DNA of 64,000 bases from Alphaproteobacteria bacterium (GTDB taxonomy: Bacteria; Pseudomonadota; Alphaproteobacteria; UBA8366; GCA-2717185): positions 6,534-70,533 of the forward strand of contig JBBDQU010000040.1 of assembly GCA_040905865.1 (NCBI GenBank). Reading direction: 5' to 3'. Positions within the stretch are counted from its first letter, which is position 1, and every line of letters starts with the position of its first letter. The notes under the pieces are model-generated. The model made no database searches, was not told where the DNA came from, and was given only the letters and a program-made list of their open reading frames with translations. This document shows positions 40,918-49,790 of the stretch, one piece after another. The position numbers and the translations under genes are program-made.

Positions 40918-42255
40918 TTACAGGGTGCTCGCCGATTGCAGCAGGATCGCGAGGATCGTTACTGGTACAAGGTAGCGCAGCAGCCACAGCCAAACCTTTC
41001 CAAACCGGCTGTCCGCGAGGTCGGCTTCGTGCAGCGCTACCGCCCGCTTCACGCGCCAGCCCACAAAGAGCGCCACCAGCACACCGCCGACGGGCAGCAG
41101 GAAATTCGAGACCCCGGCATCGATGGCGTCGAGAATGCCGTGCTGGCCGATCTGAATATGAGACAGCACGCCGAAGCTCATCGCCGACGGCACGCCAGCC
41201 GCGAACACGATGCCGCCGACAAGGGCGGAAGCGGTCCAGCGCCGCATCTTCAGCCGGTGCACGGCGAGCGAAACCGGCACCTCCAGAAGCGCCACCATTG
41301 ACGTAAAGGCCGCCGCCGACAGCAGCAGGAAGAACACCGCGCCGATCATTCGCCCTCCGGGCATGGCGAGAAAAATCTGCGGCAGTGTGATGAAGGCCAG
41401 TTCCGGCCCCGCGGTCGGATCGACGCCAAAGGAAAACACCGCCGGAAAGATGGCGAGCCCGGCGATGATCGCGAACAGCGAATCGCCAAAGGCGATGGCG
41501 ACAGCCGAGGTCGACAGCGAGAAGCTGCGCGGCATGTAACTGCCATAGGTGATGAAGACCGCCATGCCGATGCCGAGGGAGAAAAACGCCTGCCCCAGCG
41601 CGGCGACATAGACCGAGGGTCTGGCGAAGGCCGCCCAGTCCGGTGCGAACAGGAAGCGCACGCCGGCCCCGGCATTGGGCAGGAACAGGGCGTAGCCGGC
41701 GAGCAACGCGATGATGATCACAAGCACCGGCATGAGCCAACGGTTCATCCGCTCGATACCGCCCTGCACGCCACCCGCCACGGTGAACATGGTCGCCGCC
41801 AGCATGGCCGCCTGCCAGCCGACCGGTTCGCCCGGATCGGCGATGAAGGCCTTGAAATAGGCGCCGTAACCGGCCGCCGCCGCGGTCCACAGGCTTCCCG
41901 TCGCCGCGCCGCTGAAATATTTGAGGGCCCAGCCCGCGATGACCGCATAATAGCTGAGGATCAGGACGGCGCCGGCAACGCCGACCCAGCCGAGATAGCG
42001 CCATTTTCCACCATTTTCAGCGATATCGAACGCCGCGACCGCATCGCCCTGGGCGCGTCGGCCGAGGGACAGTTCGGCGATGACCAGCGGCAACCCCACC
42101 AGCAGGATGCAGACGAGGTAGATGAACAGGAATACCGCGCCGCCGTTTTCGCCGGCGACATAGGAAAAGCGCCAGATATTGCCCAGCCCGACCGCCGCCC
42201 CGATTGTCGCCAGGATAAACCCCCGGCGGGACCCCCATTGTTCGCGTGCGCTCAT
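40918..42255 (-). CDS. Sodium-dependent transporter (NSS/SNF family)
   Basis: REQW...GAAVGLGNIWRF...GGAVF, QAFFSLGIG, GPELAFITLP. Confidence 0.95.
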   Translation of the reverse strand: MSAREQWGSRRGFILATIGAAVGLGNIWRFSYVAGENGGAVFLFIYLVCILLVGLPLVIAELSLGRRAQGDAVAAFDIAENGGKWRYLGWVGVAGAVLILSYYAVIAGWALKYFSGAATGSLWTAAAAGYGAYFKAFIADPGEPVGWQAAMLAATMFTVAGGVQGGIERMNRWLMPVLVIIIALLAGYALFLPNAGAGVRFLFAPDWAAFARPSVYVAALGQAFFSLGIGMAVFITYGSYMPRSFSLSTSAVAIAFGDSLFAIIAGLAIFPAVFSFGVDPTAGPELAFITLPQIFLAMPGGRMIGAVFFLLLSAAAFTSMVALLEVPVSLAVHRLKMRRWTASALVGGIVFAAGVPSAMSFGVLSHIQIGQHGILDAIDAGVSNFLLPVGGVLVALFVGWRVKRAVALHEADLADSRFGKVWLWLLRYLVPVTILAILLQSASTL

Positions 42256-42262
42256 CCTTTCG

Positions 42263-43639
42263 TCAGCCTCCACCCGGGCTTTCCGGCGGCGCTTCCGCCG
42301 GCACCCACTTGTTCATCAGCACGCAGGCGACCAGATCGCCTGTCACGTTCAGCGCCGTACGGCTCATATCCAGGATACGGTCAACCCCCATGATCAGCGC
42401 AACCCCCGCCGGCGGCACGCCGACGGTTACGAGGATCGACGACAGGATCACGATGCCGACCCCGGGCGTGGCCGGCGAACCGATGGACGCGCCGACAGCG
42501 GTCAGCACAATCAGGACCAGCCCGCCGGTGCCGGTATCGACACCGAACACCTGGGCCAGGAAAATTGCCGCCACCCCCTGATACAGCGCCGTGCCGTTCA
42601 TGTTGATGGTCGCGCCCAGCGGGATGATGAACTGGCTGATCGGCGGGCGCACACCGAGGCGGTCCTCCGCCGTTTTCATCGACAGGGGCATGACGGCGGC
42701 GGAACTGGACGTGGAAAAGGCCAGCAGCATCACGTCGCGCGCCGATGCCAGGAATTTCAGCGGCTTCATTCCGCCACCGATGGCGGCGATGGTCAGAAAC
42801 ATGACCAGCAGCAGCAACAGCCCCAGCAGGACCGTGCCGACATAGACCGCCATGCCGAGGAATGCCTGCAGCCCGATCCGTGACGTGAGTTGCGCCATCA
42901 GACCGAACACGGCCCAGGGCGCCAGCCACATGGCCCAGCGCACGACGGTCATGCAGACTTCCTGCAGGGTTGCCAGCAGGTCGAGCATCGGCATCGCCTT
43001 TTCCCGCGTCATCATGACCAGCGCGACGCCGACGACGGTCGCGAAAATGACGACCTGCAGCATGTTTGATTCGACCATCGAAGACAGCGGGTTGGACGGT
43101 AGCAGCGCGACGAAATGCTGCGGCAGGTTGTTCAGTTTTGGCGCGGTCGCAACGGAGGTATCGATCGTGGCGGCCGCCACGCCAAACCCCGCCCGGATTT
43201 CGGCCGCATCGACGAAATCGCCGGGCCGGATGAGCAGGGCCAGCCAGACGCCGATGGTGACGGCGACCGCCGTTGTGACCACAAAATACCCGATGGCGCG
43301 CAACCCCATGCTGCGCAGCTGATCGAGATTGTCGCTGGAGCAGAGGCCCCGAATGATCGAGGCGAAGACCAGCGGAATGACGATCATCTGGATCAGGGCG
43401 AGGAACAGCTGCCCCGGAAAGGCGAGCCAGTTGCCGATAACGGCTGCGATGTCGGCTTGTACCAGCCCCACGCTGGGCCCAAGCAGCAATCCCGAGCCGA
43501 TCCCCAGGACCATGCCGATGAGGACCTGGAGCCACAATTTACCGCGGATAAGCTGCTGCAGGGTCTCCGCAAGGGGCAGCAGCGAACGTGGCCGTTGCTG
43601 AGACGGGGAACGCATTTCGCCGGTTTCTCTATCACTCAT
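42263..43639 (-). CDS. Dicarboxylate/amino acid:cation symporter (DAACS)
   Basis: FSTSSSAAVMP, GATINMNGTAL, VDRILDMSRTALNVTGD. Confidence 0.95.
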   Translation of the reverse strand: MSDRETGEMRSPSQQRPRSLLPLAETLQQLIRGKLWLQVLIGMVLGIGSGLLLGPSVGLVQADIAAVIGNWLAFPGQLFLALIQMIVIPLVFASIIRGLCSSDNLDQLRSMGLRAIGYFVVTTAVAVTIGVWLALLIRPGDFVDAAEIRAGFGVAAATIDTSVATAPKLNNLPQHFVALLPSNPLSSMVESNMLQVVIFATVVGVALVMMTREKAMPMLDLLATLQEVCMTVVRWAMWLAPWAVFGLMAQLTSRIGLQAFLGMAVYVGTVLLGLLLLLVMFLTIAAIGGGMKPLKFLASARDVMLLAFSTSSSAAVMPLSMKTAEDRLGVRPPISQFIIPLGATINMNGTALYQGVAAIFLAQVFGVDTGTGGLVLIVLTAVGASIGSPATPGVGIVILSSILVTVGVPPAGVALIMGVDRILDMSRTALNVTGDLVACVLMNKWVPAEAPPESPGGG

Positions 43640-43796
43640 GATCTTTGTCCCTCGAGAAACCGATTCCCTGTTCCCGCTATAATTTTGTGTGACTAGCACA
43701 GTGCTTGATGCTTTGCTGGCATGCACAAGCGCCTTAATTTCAATCTCGACGCCTGTCAGTACAGAGTCAAATATACTCAAATCGAATCCCGGCTAA

Positions 43797-43810
43797 TTGC
43801 GTTAGATCAA
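43797..43810. promoter_or_regulatory. FNR/FixK-like box upstream of usp
   Basis: TTGCG-TTAG-ATCAA versus TTGAT-N4-ATCAA (2 mismatches), in the AT-rich divergent spacer. Confidence 0.5.
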
Positions 43811-43963
43811 CGATGCCCAAATATGTCTCTGGCATTGATCCGGGCATTGCCCGCAACTCTGGCTCTGTTATTGTTTAGGGACACTGCCGGTCGAGTGGGT
43901 CGCAAACGCCTTTGGCGGGTTCCTGCCAGGGTATCCGAATGGACATAACCAGGAGATGACGCA

Positions 43964-44812
43964 ATGAAACGAATTCTGGTTGCTACAGACCTTTCCGAAA
44001 GGTCGGACCGTGCCATCGGCCGCGCCATTTTGTTGGCAAAGACCCTTTCCGCGCGGCTGACGGTGCTGCATGTCATAGACGACGACCTTCCCGCGTCAGT
44101 TGCGGAAACGCAAAAGCAGGTGGCCGGCCAAAGTATGCGCGAACACCTAGCCTCGATACCAGGCGCTAAGGACCTAGACACAAACCTCGTAGTCGGTTTC
44201 GGCAAGGACTGGTCTAAAATCCTGCAACAGGCAGATACCGAACAATCGGAACTGGTCATCCTCGGCCTGCACCGCAAAAGCGGCCTGGGGAGCATGTTTC
44301 GCGGCACGACGGTGGAGCGCGTTGTCCGCAACGGCGATACACCGGTCCTAGTCGCCAAGAACCGGCCAACACGCGATTACCGGGTAATCGTCGTTGGCGT
44401 CGACTTCTCGATCTATTCCCGTCGGGCACTGGAATTCGCGCTCGACTTTTCGAAAAATTCCCGCATCCAACTGGTGCATGCATATGAAATTCCGTTCAAG
44501 GGCTTCCTGCCATCCGCGAATACGCATGCGGAAATGCGGAAGCGGGACGAAACTCTGTTCCGCGAGATGGTCGATCAGGAAGTCGAGGTTTTTCTGGCCG
44601 GGCTCGATGCCCAGAGAGGCCGGATCGAAATCGTGGTCAGCGAAGGCGACCCCCATAGCGTTATCAACGCGCAGGTTGCCGCACTCGACGCGGATCTTCT
44701 GGTTCTGGGAACGCACGGCCGGACTGGCGTGGCGCGAGCCTTTCTCGGCAGCGTGGCCGAAGGGTTCCTGACCGATCCGCCAGCAGATGTCGTCGCGGTC
44801 AAGGCCTGGTAA
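43964..44812 (+). CDS. Universal stress protein (tandem Usp domains)
   Basis: ILVATDLS...GTTVERV and IVVGVDFS...GTHGRTG...LGSVAE. Confidence 0.95.
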   Translation: MKRILVATDLSERSDRAIGRAILLAKTLSARLTVLHVIDDDLPASVAETQKQVAGQSMREHLASIPGAKDLDTNLVVGFGKDWSKILQQADTEQSELVILGLHRKSGLGSMFRGTTVERVVRNGDTPVLVAKNRPTRDYRVIVVGVDFSIYSRRALEFALDFSKNSRIQLVHAYEIPFKGFLPSANTHAEMRKRDETLFREMVDQEVEVFLAGLDAQRGRIEIVVSEGDPHSVINAQVAALDADLLVLGTHGRTGVARAFLGSVAEGFLTDPPADVVAVKAW

Positions 44813-44868
44813 AACGCACCGGTTTCGATGTTGCCCAAATTACCGTATGGCGCATGCCGCCCCCCGTG

Positions 44869-45720
44869 TCAAAACGGCGCGTCGCCCCTGACCGTCACCC
44901 GATGCATGCGGCGGCGCCTGCCCGGATAGTCATTGATCGCGTTGTGCAGCACGGCGCGATTGTCCCAAAGCGCAAGCGACCCAGCGCGCCAGCGGAAGCG
45001 GCAGGTGAATTCCGGCCGCGTGGCATGGTCGATCAGATAGTTCAGCAGGCCCTGGCTTTCCTCCCATGTCATATCGGCAAAACGTTCGGTATGCAGGCCG
45101 ATATAGAGGGCCTTGCGCCCCGTGACCGGGTGGGTCCGGACGAGCGGATGTTCGGCGATTTTTTCATATTTTTCCGTGTCGCTCAGCCCCATGGTCTGCA
45201 GGTTGCCGTAGCTGCCCGTCGCCGGCCTGCCACGAGGGCGTCCCGCATCCGGCAGGTTGACGGTTTTCAGCCGCCCCGCGAGCGCCTTCATGCCGTCGGA
45301 CAGCGCGTCATAGGCCGCGTACATGCTCGCGTACAGCGTATCGCCGCCGTACTCGGGAATTTCCTTTGCATACAGCACCGTTGCCAGCGCCGGTTCCGGC
45401 AGAAACATCTGGTCCGTGTGCCAGCCCTCGCCAAAATTGCGGACATCGGTTTCGGTCTTGATGATTTCCATCACCTCGGGCAGGTTCGCCAGCCCGGCGA
45501 CAAAGGGATGGAAATGGATTTCACCGAAGCGCCGGGCGAAGGCGAGTTCCTGTTGCGGCGTGATGTTCTGGTCGCGAAAAAAGATCACGCCATACGCCAT
45601 CAGGGCATCGTGCACCGCGGCGAATTGCGCATCGTCGAGATCCCGCGACAGGTCGATGCCCACGATTTCGGCGCCCAGCGCGCCGGCAACCGGTTCCACC
45701 GTGATATGACTGTTTCGCAT
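44869..45720 (-). CDS. TauD/TfdA family alpha-ketoglutarate-dependent dioxygenase
   Basis: LGAEI, FFRDQ, WHTD, GGDTL, HPLVRTHP, WDNRAVLH. Confidence 0.95.
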   Translation of the reverse strand: MRNSHITVEPVAGALGAEIVGIDLSRDLDDAQFAAVHDALMAYGVIFFRDQNITPQQELAFARRFGEIHFHPFVAGLANLPEVMEIIKTETDVRNFGEGWHTDQMFLPEPALATVLYAKEIPEYGGDTLYASMYAAYDALSDGMKALAGRLKTVNLPDAGRPRGRPATGSYGNLQTMGLSDTEKYEKIAEHPLVRTHPVTGRKALYIGLHTERFADMTWEESQGLLNYLIDHATRPEFTCRFRWRAGSLALWDNRAVLHNAINDYPGRRRRMHRVTVRGDAPF

Positions 45721-45731
45721 TCTCCCGCCCG

Positions 45732-46142
45732 TCATATACCGGTCTTGTTGACCGTAACGCCTTCCTTTTCCAGCGCATCGACCAGCGCCTGCAGCCGGTG
45801 AAAGGCGGTGTTCGCCGCCGGTACGCCGCAATAGACGCCCTGCTGGATCACGGTTTCCTTGATGTCCAGCAGGGGAAAGTTGTCCCGCAGGGCCGCGCCC
45901 ACATGCATGTCGAATTCCTCCCAGCGGCCGATGGCCATCATGGTCCCGATGACGAGCACCCGGCGGGTGCGGTCATCCAGGACGCCGCGGGTCCAGACAT
46001 GCCAGGCATAGGTGGAAATCAGCTCCTGGAAATCGGCGGTCAGCGGCGTTGTTCTCGCAGCCGCGCGGTCGACATGGGCGTCACCCAGAATCCGGCGGCG
46101 GGCGGCCATGCCTGCCTCTAGCATTTTTTCGTCCATCGGCAT
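45732..46142 (-). CDS. Carboxymuconolactone decarboxylase (PcaC-like) family protein
   Basis: GMAARRRILGDAHVDR...FQELI...VWTR...YCGVPAANTAF. Confidence 0.9.
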   Translation of the reverse strand: MPMDEKMLEAGMAARRRILGDAHVDRAAARTTPLTADFQELISTYAWHVWTRGVLDDRTRRVLVIGTMMAIGRWEEFDMHVGAALRDNFPLLDIKETVIQQGVYCGVPAANTAFHRLQALVDALEKEGVTVNKTGI

Positions 46143-46231
46143 CAGGCTGGTTCCTTTTTCCACGACAACTTGCAGGTCGCCTGCGATCCGGAGGTCCGGG
46201 AAACAGCGCCGGACCGAAAGACAGCAGCCGG

Positions 46232-47968
46232 TTAAACCACCGGCACGCGCTTCGCCGCCAGGGCGGCGGGGGAAATCACGTCCATGTCCAGCGGCACGTG
46301 CCAGCGTTCGGTCAGGCGGATTCGCGGCGGGGTGTTGCCGGCTTTCGCGCCGTCCAGCACGAAGCCTTCATAGCCCGCGTCCATCACCTCGTTGCATTTG
46401 TTCACATAGACCGGGAACCCGCCGATATAGGGCATGAACACACGCGGACGGCCGGGAATATTGGCCCCCACATACCAGGACGAACAGGTGGAGCGCAGGG
46501 ACACCTGCGCCACCTCGTTCACATGCTCCACCCAGGCGTCCTCGTCCGTCAGCGTCGGTTCGATGCTCGCCGCGCCCACGTCGCGCATATGGGCAATGCA
46601 GTCCGCGACCCAGTCCACATGCTGTTCGATCGCCTGCACAAGGCTGGCCAGCACCGAGGGGCTGCCCGGCCCGGTAAGCATGAACAGGTTCGGAAATCCG
46701 ACCGAGGTCAGTCCCAGATAGGTACGGGGCCCCGCCGCCCATTTCTCCTTCAGGGTCAACCCATCGCGCCCGGTAATGGCGATCCGGTCGAAGGAGCCTG
46801 TCATCGCCGCGAAGCCGGTGGCGCAGACCACCGCATCCAGTTCGTATTCCGTGCCGTTGGCCACGATGCCGGTTTCGGTGAATCGCTCGATGCCGTTCTG
46901 CGCGATATCGACCAGGGTCACATGCGGCTGGTTGTATGTTTCGTAATAGCCGGTATCGACGCACAGCCGCTTGCAGCCGAACACATTGTCCGGGCACAGC
47001 AGTTCGGCCACCTTCGGGTCCTTCACGATGGCGCGGATCTTGGCGCGGGCGAAATCGGCGACGGTGTCGTTGGCCGCCTTTTCGAACAGCAGGTCGCCAT
47101 AGGCCCCGAGAAAGGGCAGCCCGCCGCGCGACCAGAATTCCTCATACTGCCGCTCGCGATCCTCGGGACTGTCCTCCAGCGCCGGTCTGGTGTTGAACGG
47201 GAAATAGAACCCGGTCGGCCGCGCCCGCGCTTTCGCCCGAAGCGCCGGGTAATCGGCCTTCACCGCGCGCAGGTATTCCGGATCCAGCTTTTCGTTCCAG
47301 GCGGGTACGGTATAGCTCGCCGTGCGCTGGAACACGGTCAGCGCCGAAGCCTGTTTCGCGATCAGCGGGATCGACTGGATCGCCGACGATCCGGTGCCGA
47401 TCACGCCGACGCGCAACCCGGTGAAGTCGACCCCTTCATGCGGCCATTCGCCGGTGTGGTAGACCGGCCCGGTATAATCCGACAGCCCCGGAAATTCCGG
47501 CTTGTTGGCCGCCGACAGGCAGCCCACCGCCATGATGCAGAACTGCGCCGTGACCCGGTCGCCCCGGTCGGTCTCGACCGTCCAGCATTTCCCGCCTTCA
47601 TCGAACGCCGCCGCCGTCACCCGCGTGTCGAAGCGGATATCGCGGCGCAGGTCGAAGCGGTCGGCGACATGGTTGGCGTAGGACAGGATTTCCGGCTGAG
47701 GCGCGTATTTTTCCGTCCATTCCCATTCCTGGTCCAGCGCCTCGGAAAACGAATAGGAATACTGCAGGCTTTCCACGTCGCAGCGCGCGCCCGGATAGCG
47801 GTTCCAGTACCACGTGCCTCCGACTCCGCCGCCGCCCTCATACACCCGCGCGGTAAAGCCCAACTGGCGCAGCGCGTGCAGCATATACATCCCGGCGAAG
47901 CCCGCGCCGACGATGACGGCGTCGAACGTGGCGGTTTCCGGGTCGCGGGTGATGGCAGCGGTGGTCAT
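46232..47968 (-). CDS. Type I Baeyer-Villiger monooxygenase
   Basis: GAGFAG, GGTWYWNRYPGARCD, fingerprint YTGPVYHTGEWP, GTGSS, ATGF. Confidence 0.95.
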   Translation of the reverse strand: MTTAAITRDPETATFDAVIVGAGFAGMYMLHALRQLGFTARVYEGGGGVGGTWYWNRYPGARCDVESLQYSYSFSEALDQEWEWTEKYAPQPEILSYANHVADRFDLRRDIRFDTRVTAAAFDEGGKCWTVETDRGDRVTAQFCIMAVGCLSAANKPEFPGLSDYTGPVYHTGEWPHEGVDFTGLRVGVIGTGSSAIQSIPLIAKQASALTVFQRTASYTVPAWNEKLDPEYLRAVKADYPALRAKARARPTGFYFPFNTRPALEDSPEDRERQYEEFWSRGGLPFLGAYGDLLFEKAANDTVADFARAKIRAIVKDPKVAELLCPDNVFGCKRLCVDTGYYETYNQPHVTLVDIAQNGIERFTETGIVANGTEYELDAVVCATGFAAMTGSFDRIAITGRDGLTLKEKWAAGPRTYLGLTSVGFPNLFMLTGPGSPSVLASLVQAIEQHVDWVADCIAHMRDVGAASIEPTLTDEDAWVEHVNEVAQVSLRSTCSSWYVGANIPGRPRVFMPYIGGFPVYVNKCNEVMDAGYEGFVLDGAKAGNTPPRIRLTERWHVPLDMDVISPAALAAKRVPVV

Positions 47969-48000
47969 GGGGTTCTCCAGTGGTGTCGCCTGTACGAGAG

Positions 48001-48063
48001 AGTCTGCGGCAGGCGTGGCGAAGGCGTCAACTGTTGCTGCTGATACTGTGTGCTGCTGATACT
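48001..48063 (-). promoter_or_regulatory. Putative BVMO-operon promoter with two 13-bp direct repeats
   Basis: Minus strand: AGTATCAGCAGCA-cac-AGTATCAGCAGCA-acag-TTGACG-N18-CAGACT. Confidence 0.5.
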
Positions 48064-49769
48064 TCACGACGCCTGGACCCATTGTATCCTGACGTCCGGA
48101 ATTGCAGGTAAATCCAGCCTCCCGCTGGCAACAACAGCAGGCATGCGAAGGCGAGAACGATCGCGACTGCGCCTGCCGGCAGGCGCGGCACCGGCGGAAT
48201 AAGCCGCACGGCGTCTACTGAACGGGCAGGAATCGGGAAGGGCATGCGCACCGTATGCCGGATGCCGGACCGGTCTTCAATAGCGATATCGACATAACAA
48301 TCCCCGGTGCAGGCGTCGGCATTGCCACTTGCACGGTTGCCGCGAAGCCGGAACGGCTGCATGTCCGCCAACGCTGATTCGGGACCGATCCGCGCCGAGA
48401 CCCCCGCCACGTTCGGTCGGCCACCACTGAACAGAATCTGCAGTTCCTTGCCGGGCGCCGCCGCTATCGGCAACCAGTCCCGGTACATCGTAACCTGCCA
48501 TGGTCCTGCCTTCGTTGCGCCCAGCCGTTCCATGGCCTTTGGAATCTGTGTCTGATCGTGCAGTTGAAGGCCGAAGGCGAATGTACCATGGATACTTGCA
48601 GCGATAACGGCGATGCTGGGCACGACAGCCAGCCATGCCCAGAGATGCCGGCGCGGCGCGGCGTCTCCCCGTTGCCCGAAACGCAGCCAGAACGTCACCA
48701 GACCGGTGACGATTCCACCGCATAGCAGCAGCCCCGTAACCAGCCAGATCACGCGGGTCGAAGTTCCGCCTAAGGTACCGAAATGCAACGGGTCGGCCGT
48801 CTCAATCCAGCGGTCGAAGCCGGGCAGGTCTTGCCCCCGCCGCACGCCCATCACTGCGCCGGTAAAGGGATTCACAAACACCTGGTTGGCGCGGCTGCGC
48901 ACAACCCAGGCGTCGCCATCGCCATGGAACGCAAGGACATCGTCGCCGAGAATTGGCAGCGCCACGATTTGAATTTTCAGCTCGGGAAACGCCGACCGCG
49001 CCCGTGCTGCAGCGCCATCGAGATCGAACGGAACGCCCGACAACGGCAATCTGCGAAGCATTTCCCGGGTCATCGCGACCTTGCCCGTATCTTCCTCAAC
49101 GACGCCTGCCTTGTCCAATCCGTACTCGACCAGATACCAGACGCCGGTACCGGAAAGCAGCAGGCCCACTAAAAGCGCCCAGACACCCGCGGCCCGGTGC
49201 AGGTCGGACCACAGCACCCGGCCGCTGCGCCCGAATCGTATCGAAAACAGCGACCGCCATGGCCGACTATACGAACATAACCCCAGAACGACCGTCACCA
49301 GCATCGCAAGCCCGAGCGGCCCGACAACCAGGATTCCGTGCCACCCCAGCACGGTGGGAACGATATAGAACTGCTTGTGCAGGATGCGGAGAAAACTCTG
49401 CGGCCCGAATGTGCTGCGCTGACCCGCCACCTGCATCGTATAGGGATTGACGAGTACGCGGCGCAAGTCGCCACGCCCGTATGTAACCACGGCCTGCGCC
49501 ACCCAGGACGGCCCCCTCGGGCCATACAGCCGAAGGATCAGCGCATCGGGATAAGCGGCGGAAACGGCATCATGCATTCTCTGCCAGGACATTGCGGCGG
49601 GGTCGCCTCCAACTGGCTGTTCGACACGCATATCCGGGTCGCCGAGCCATTCCAGTTCCGGTCCGAATACCGACACTGTGCCCGAAAAGCAGACGCAGAA
49701 CAGCAACAGGCCGAGATTCAGGCCTATCCAGGCGTGGACCTTGTATAGAACCCGACGGGTATGCTGCAT
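48027..49769 (-). CDS. PepSY-associated TM helix protein (iron-uptake reductase-like)
   Basis: HAWIGL...SGT, VNPYT, LH, DLHRAAG, PLHFG; follows the TonB-dependent receptor. Confidence 0.9.
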   Translation of the reverse strand: MQHTRRVLYKVHAWIGLNLGLLLFCVCFSGTVSVFGPELEWLGDPDMRVEQPVGGDPAAMSWQRMHDAVSAAYPDALILRLYGPRGPSWVAQAVVTYGRGDLRRVLVNPYTMQVAGQRSTFGPQSFLRILHKQFYIVPTVLGWHGILVVGPLGLAMLVTVVLGLCSYSRPWRSLFSIRFGRSGRVLWSDLHRAAGVWALLVGLLLSGTGVWYLVEYGLDKAGVVEEDTGKVAMTREMLRRLPLSGVPFDLDGAAARARSAFPELKIQIVALPILGDDVLAFHGDGDAWVVRSRANQVFVNPFTGAVMGVRRGQDLPGFDRWIETADPLHFGTLGGTSTRVIWLVTGLLLCGGIVTGLVTFWLRFGQRGDAAPRRHLWAWLAVVPSIAVIAASIHGTFAFGLQLHDQTQIPKAMERLGATKAGPWQVTMYRDWLPIAAAPGKELQILFSGGRPNVAGVSARIGPESALADMQPFRLRGNRASGNADACTGDCYVDIAIEDRSGIRHTVRMPFPIPARSVDAVRLIPPVPRLPAGAVAIVLAFACLLLLPAGGWIYLQFRTSGYNGSRRREVSAAHSISSNS

Positions 49770-49790
49770 GACCGGGCGCCGACAAGGACT

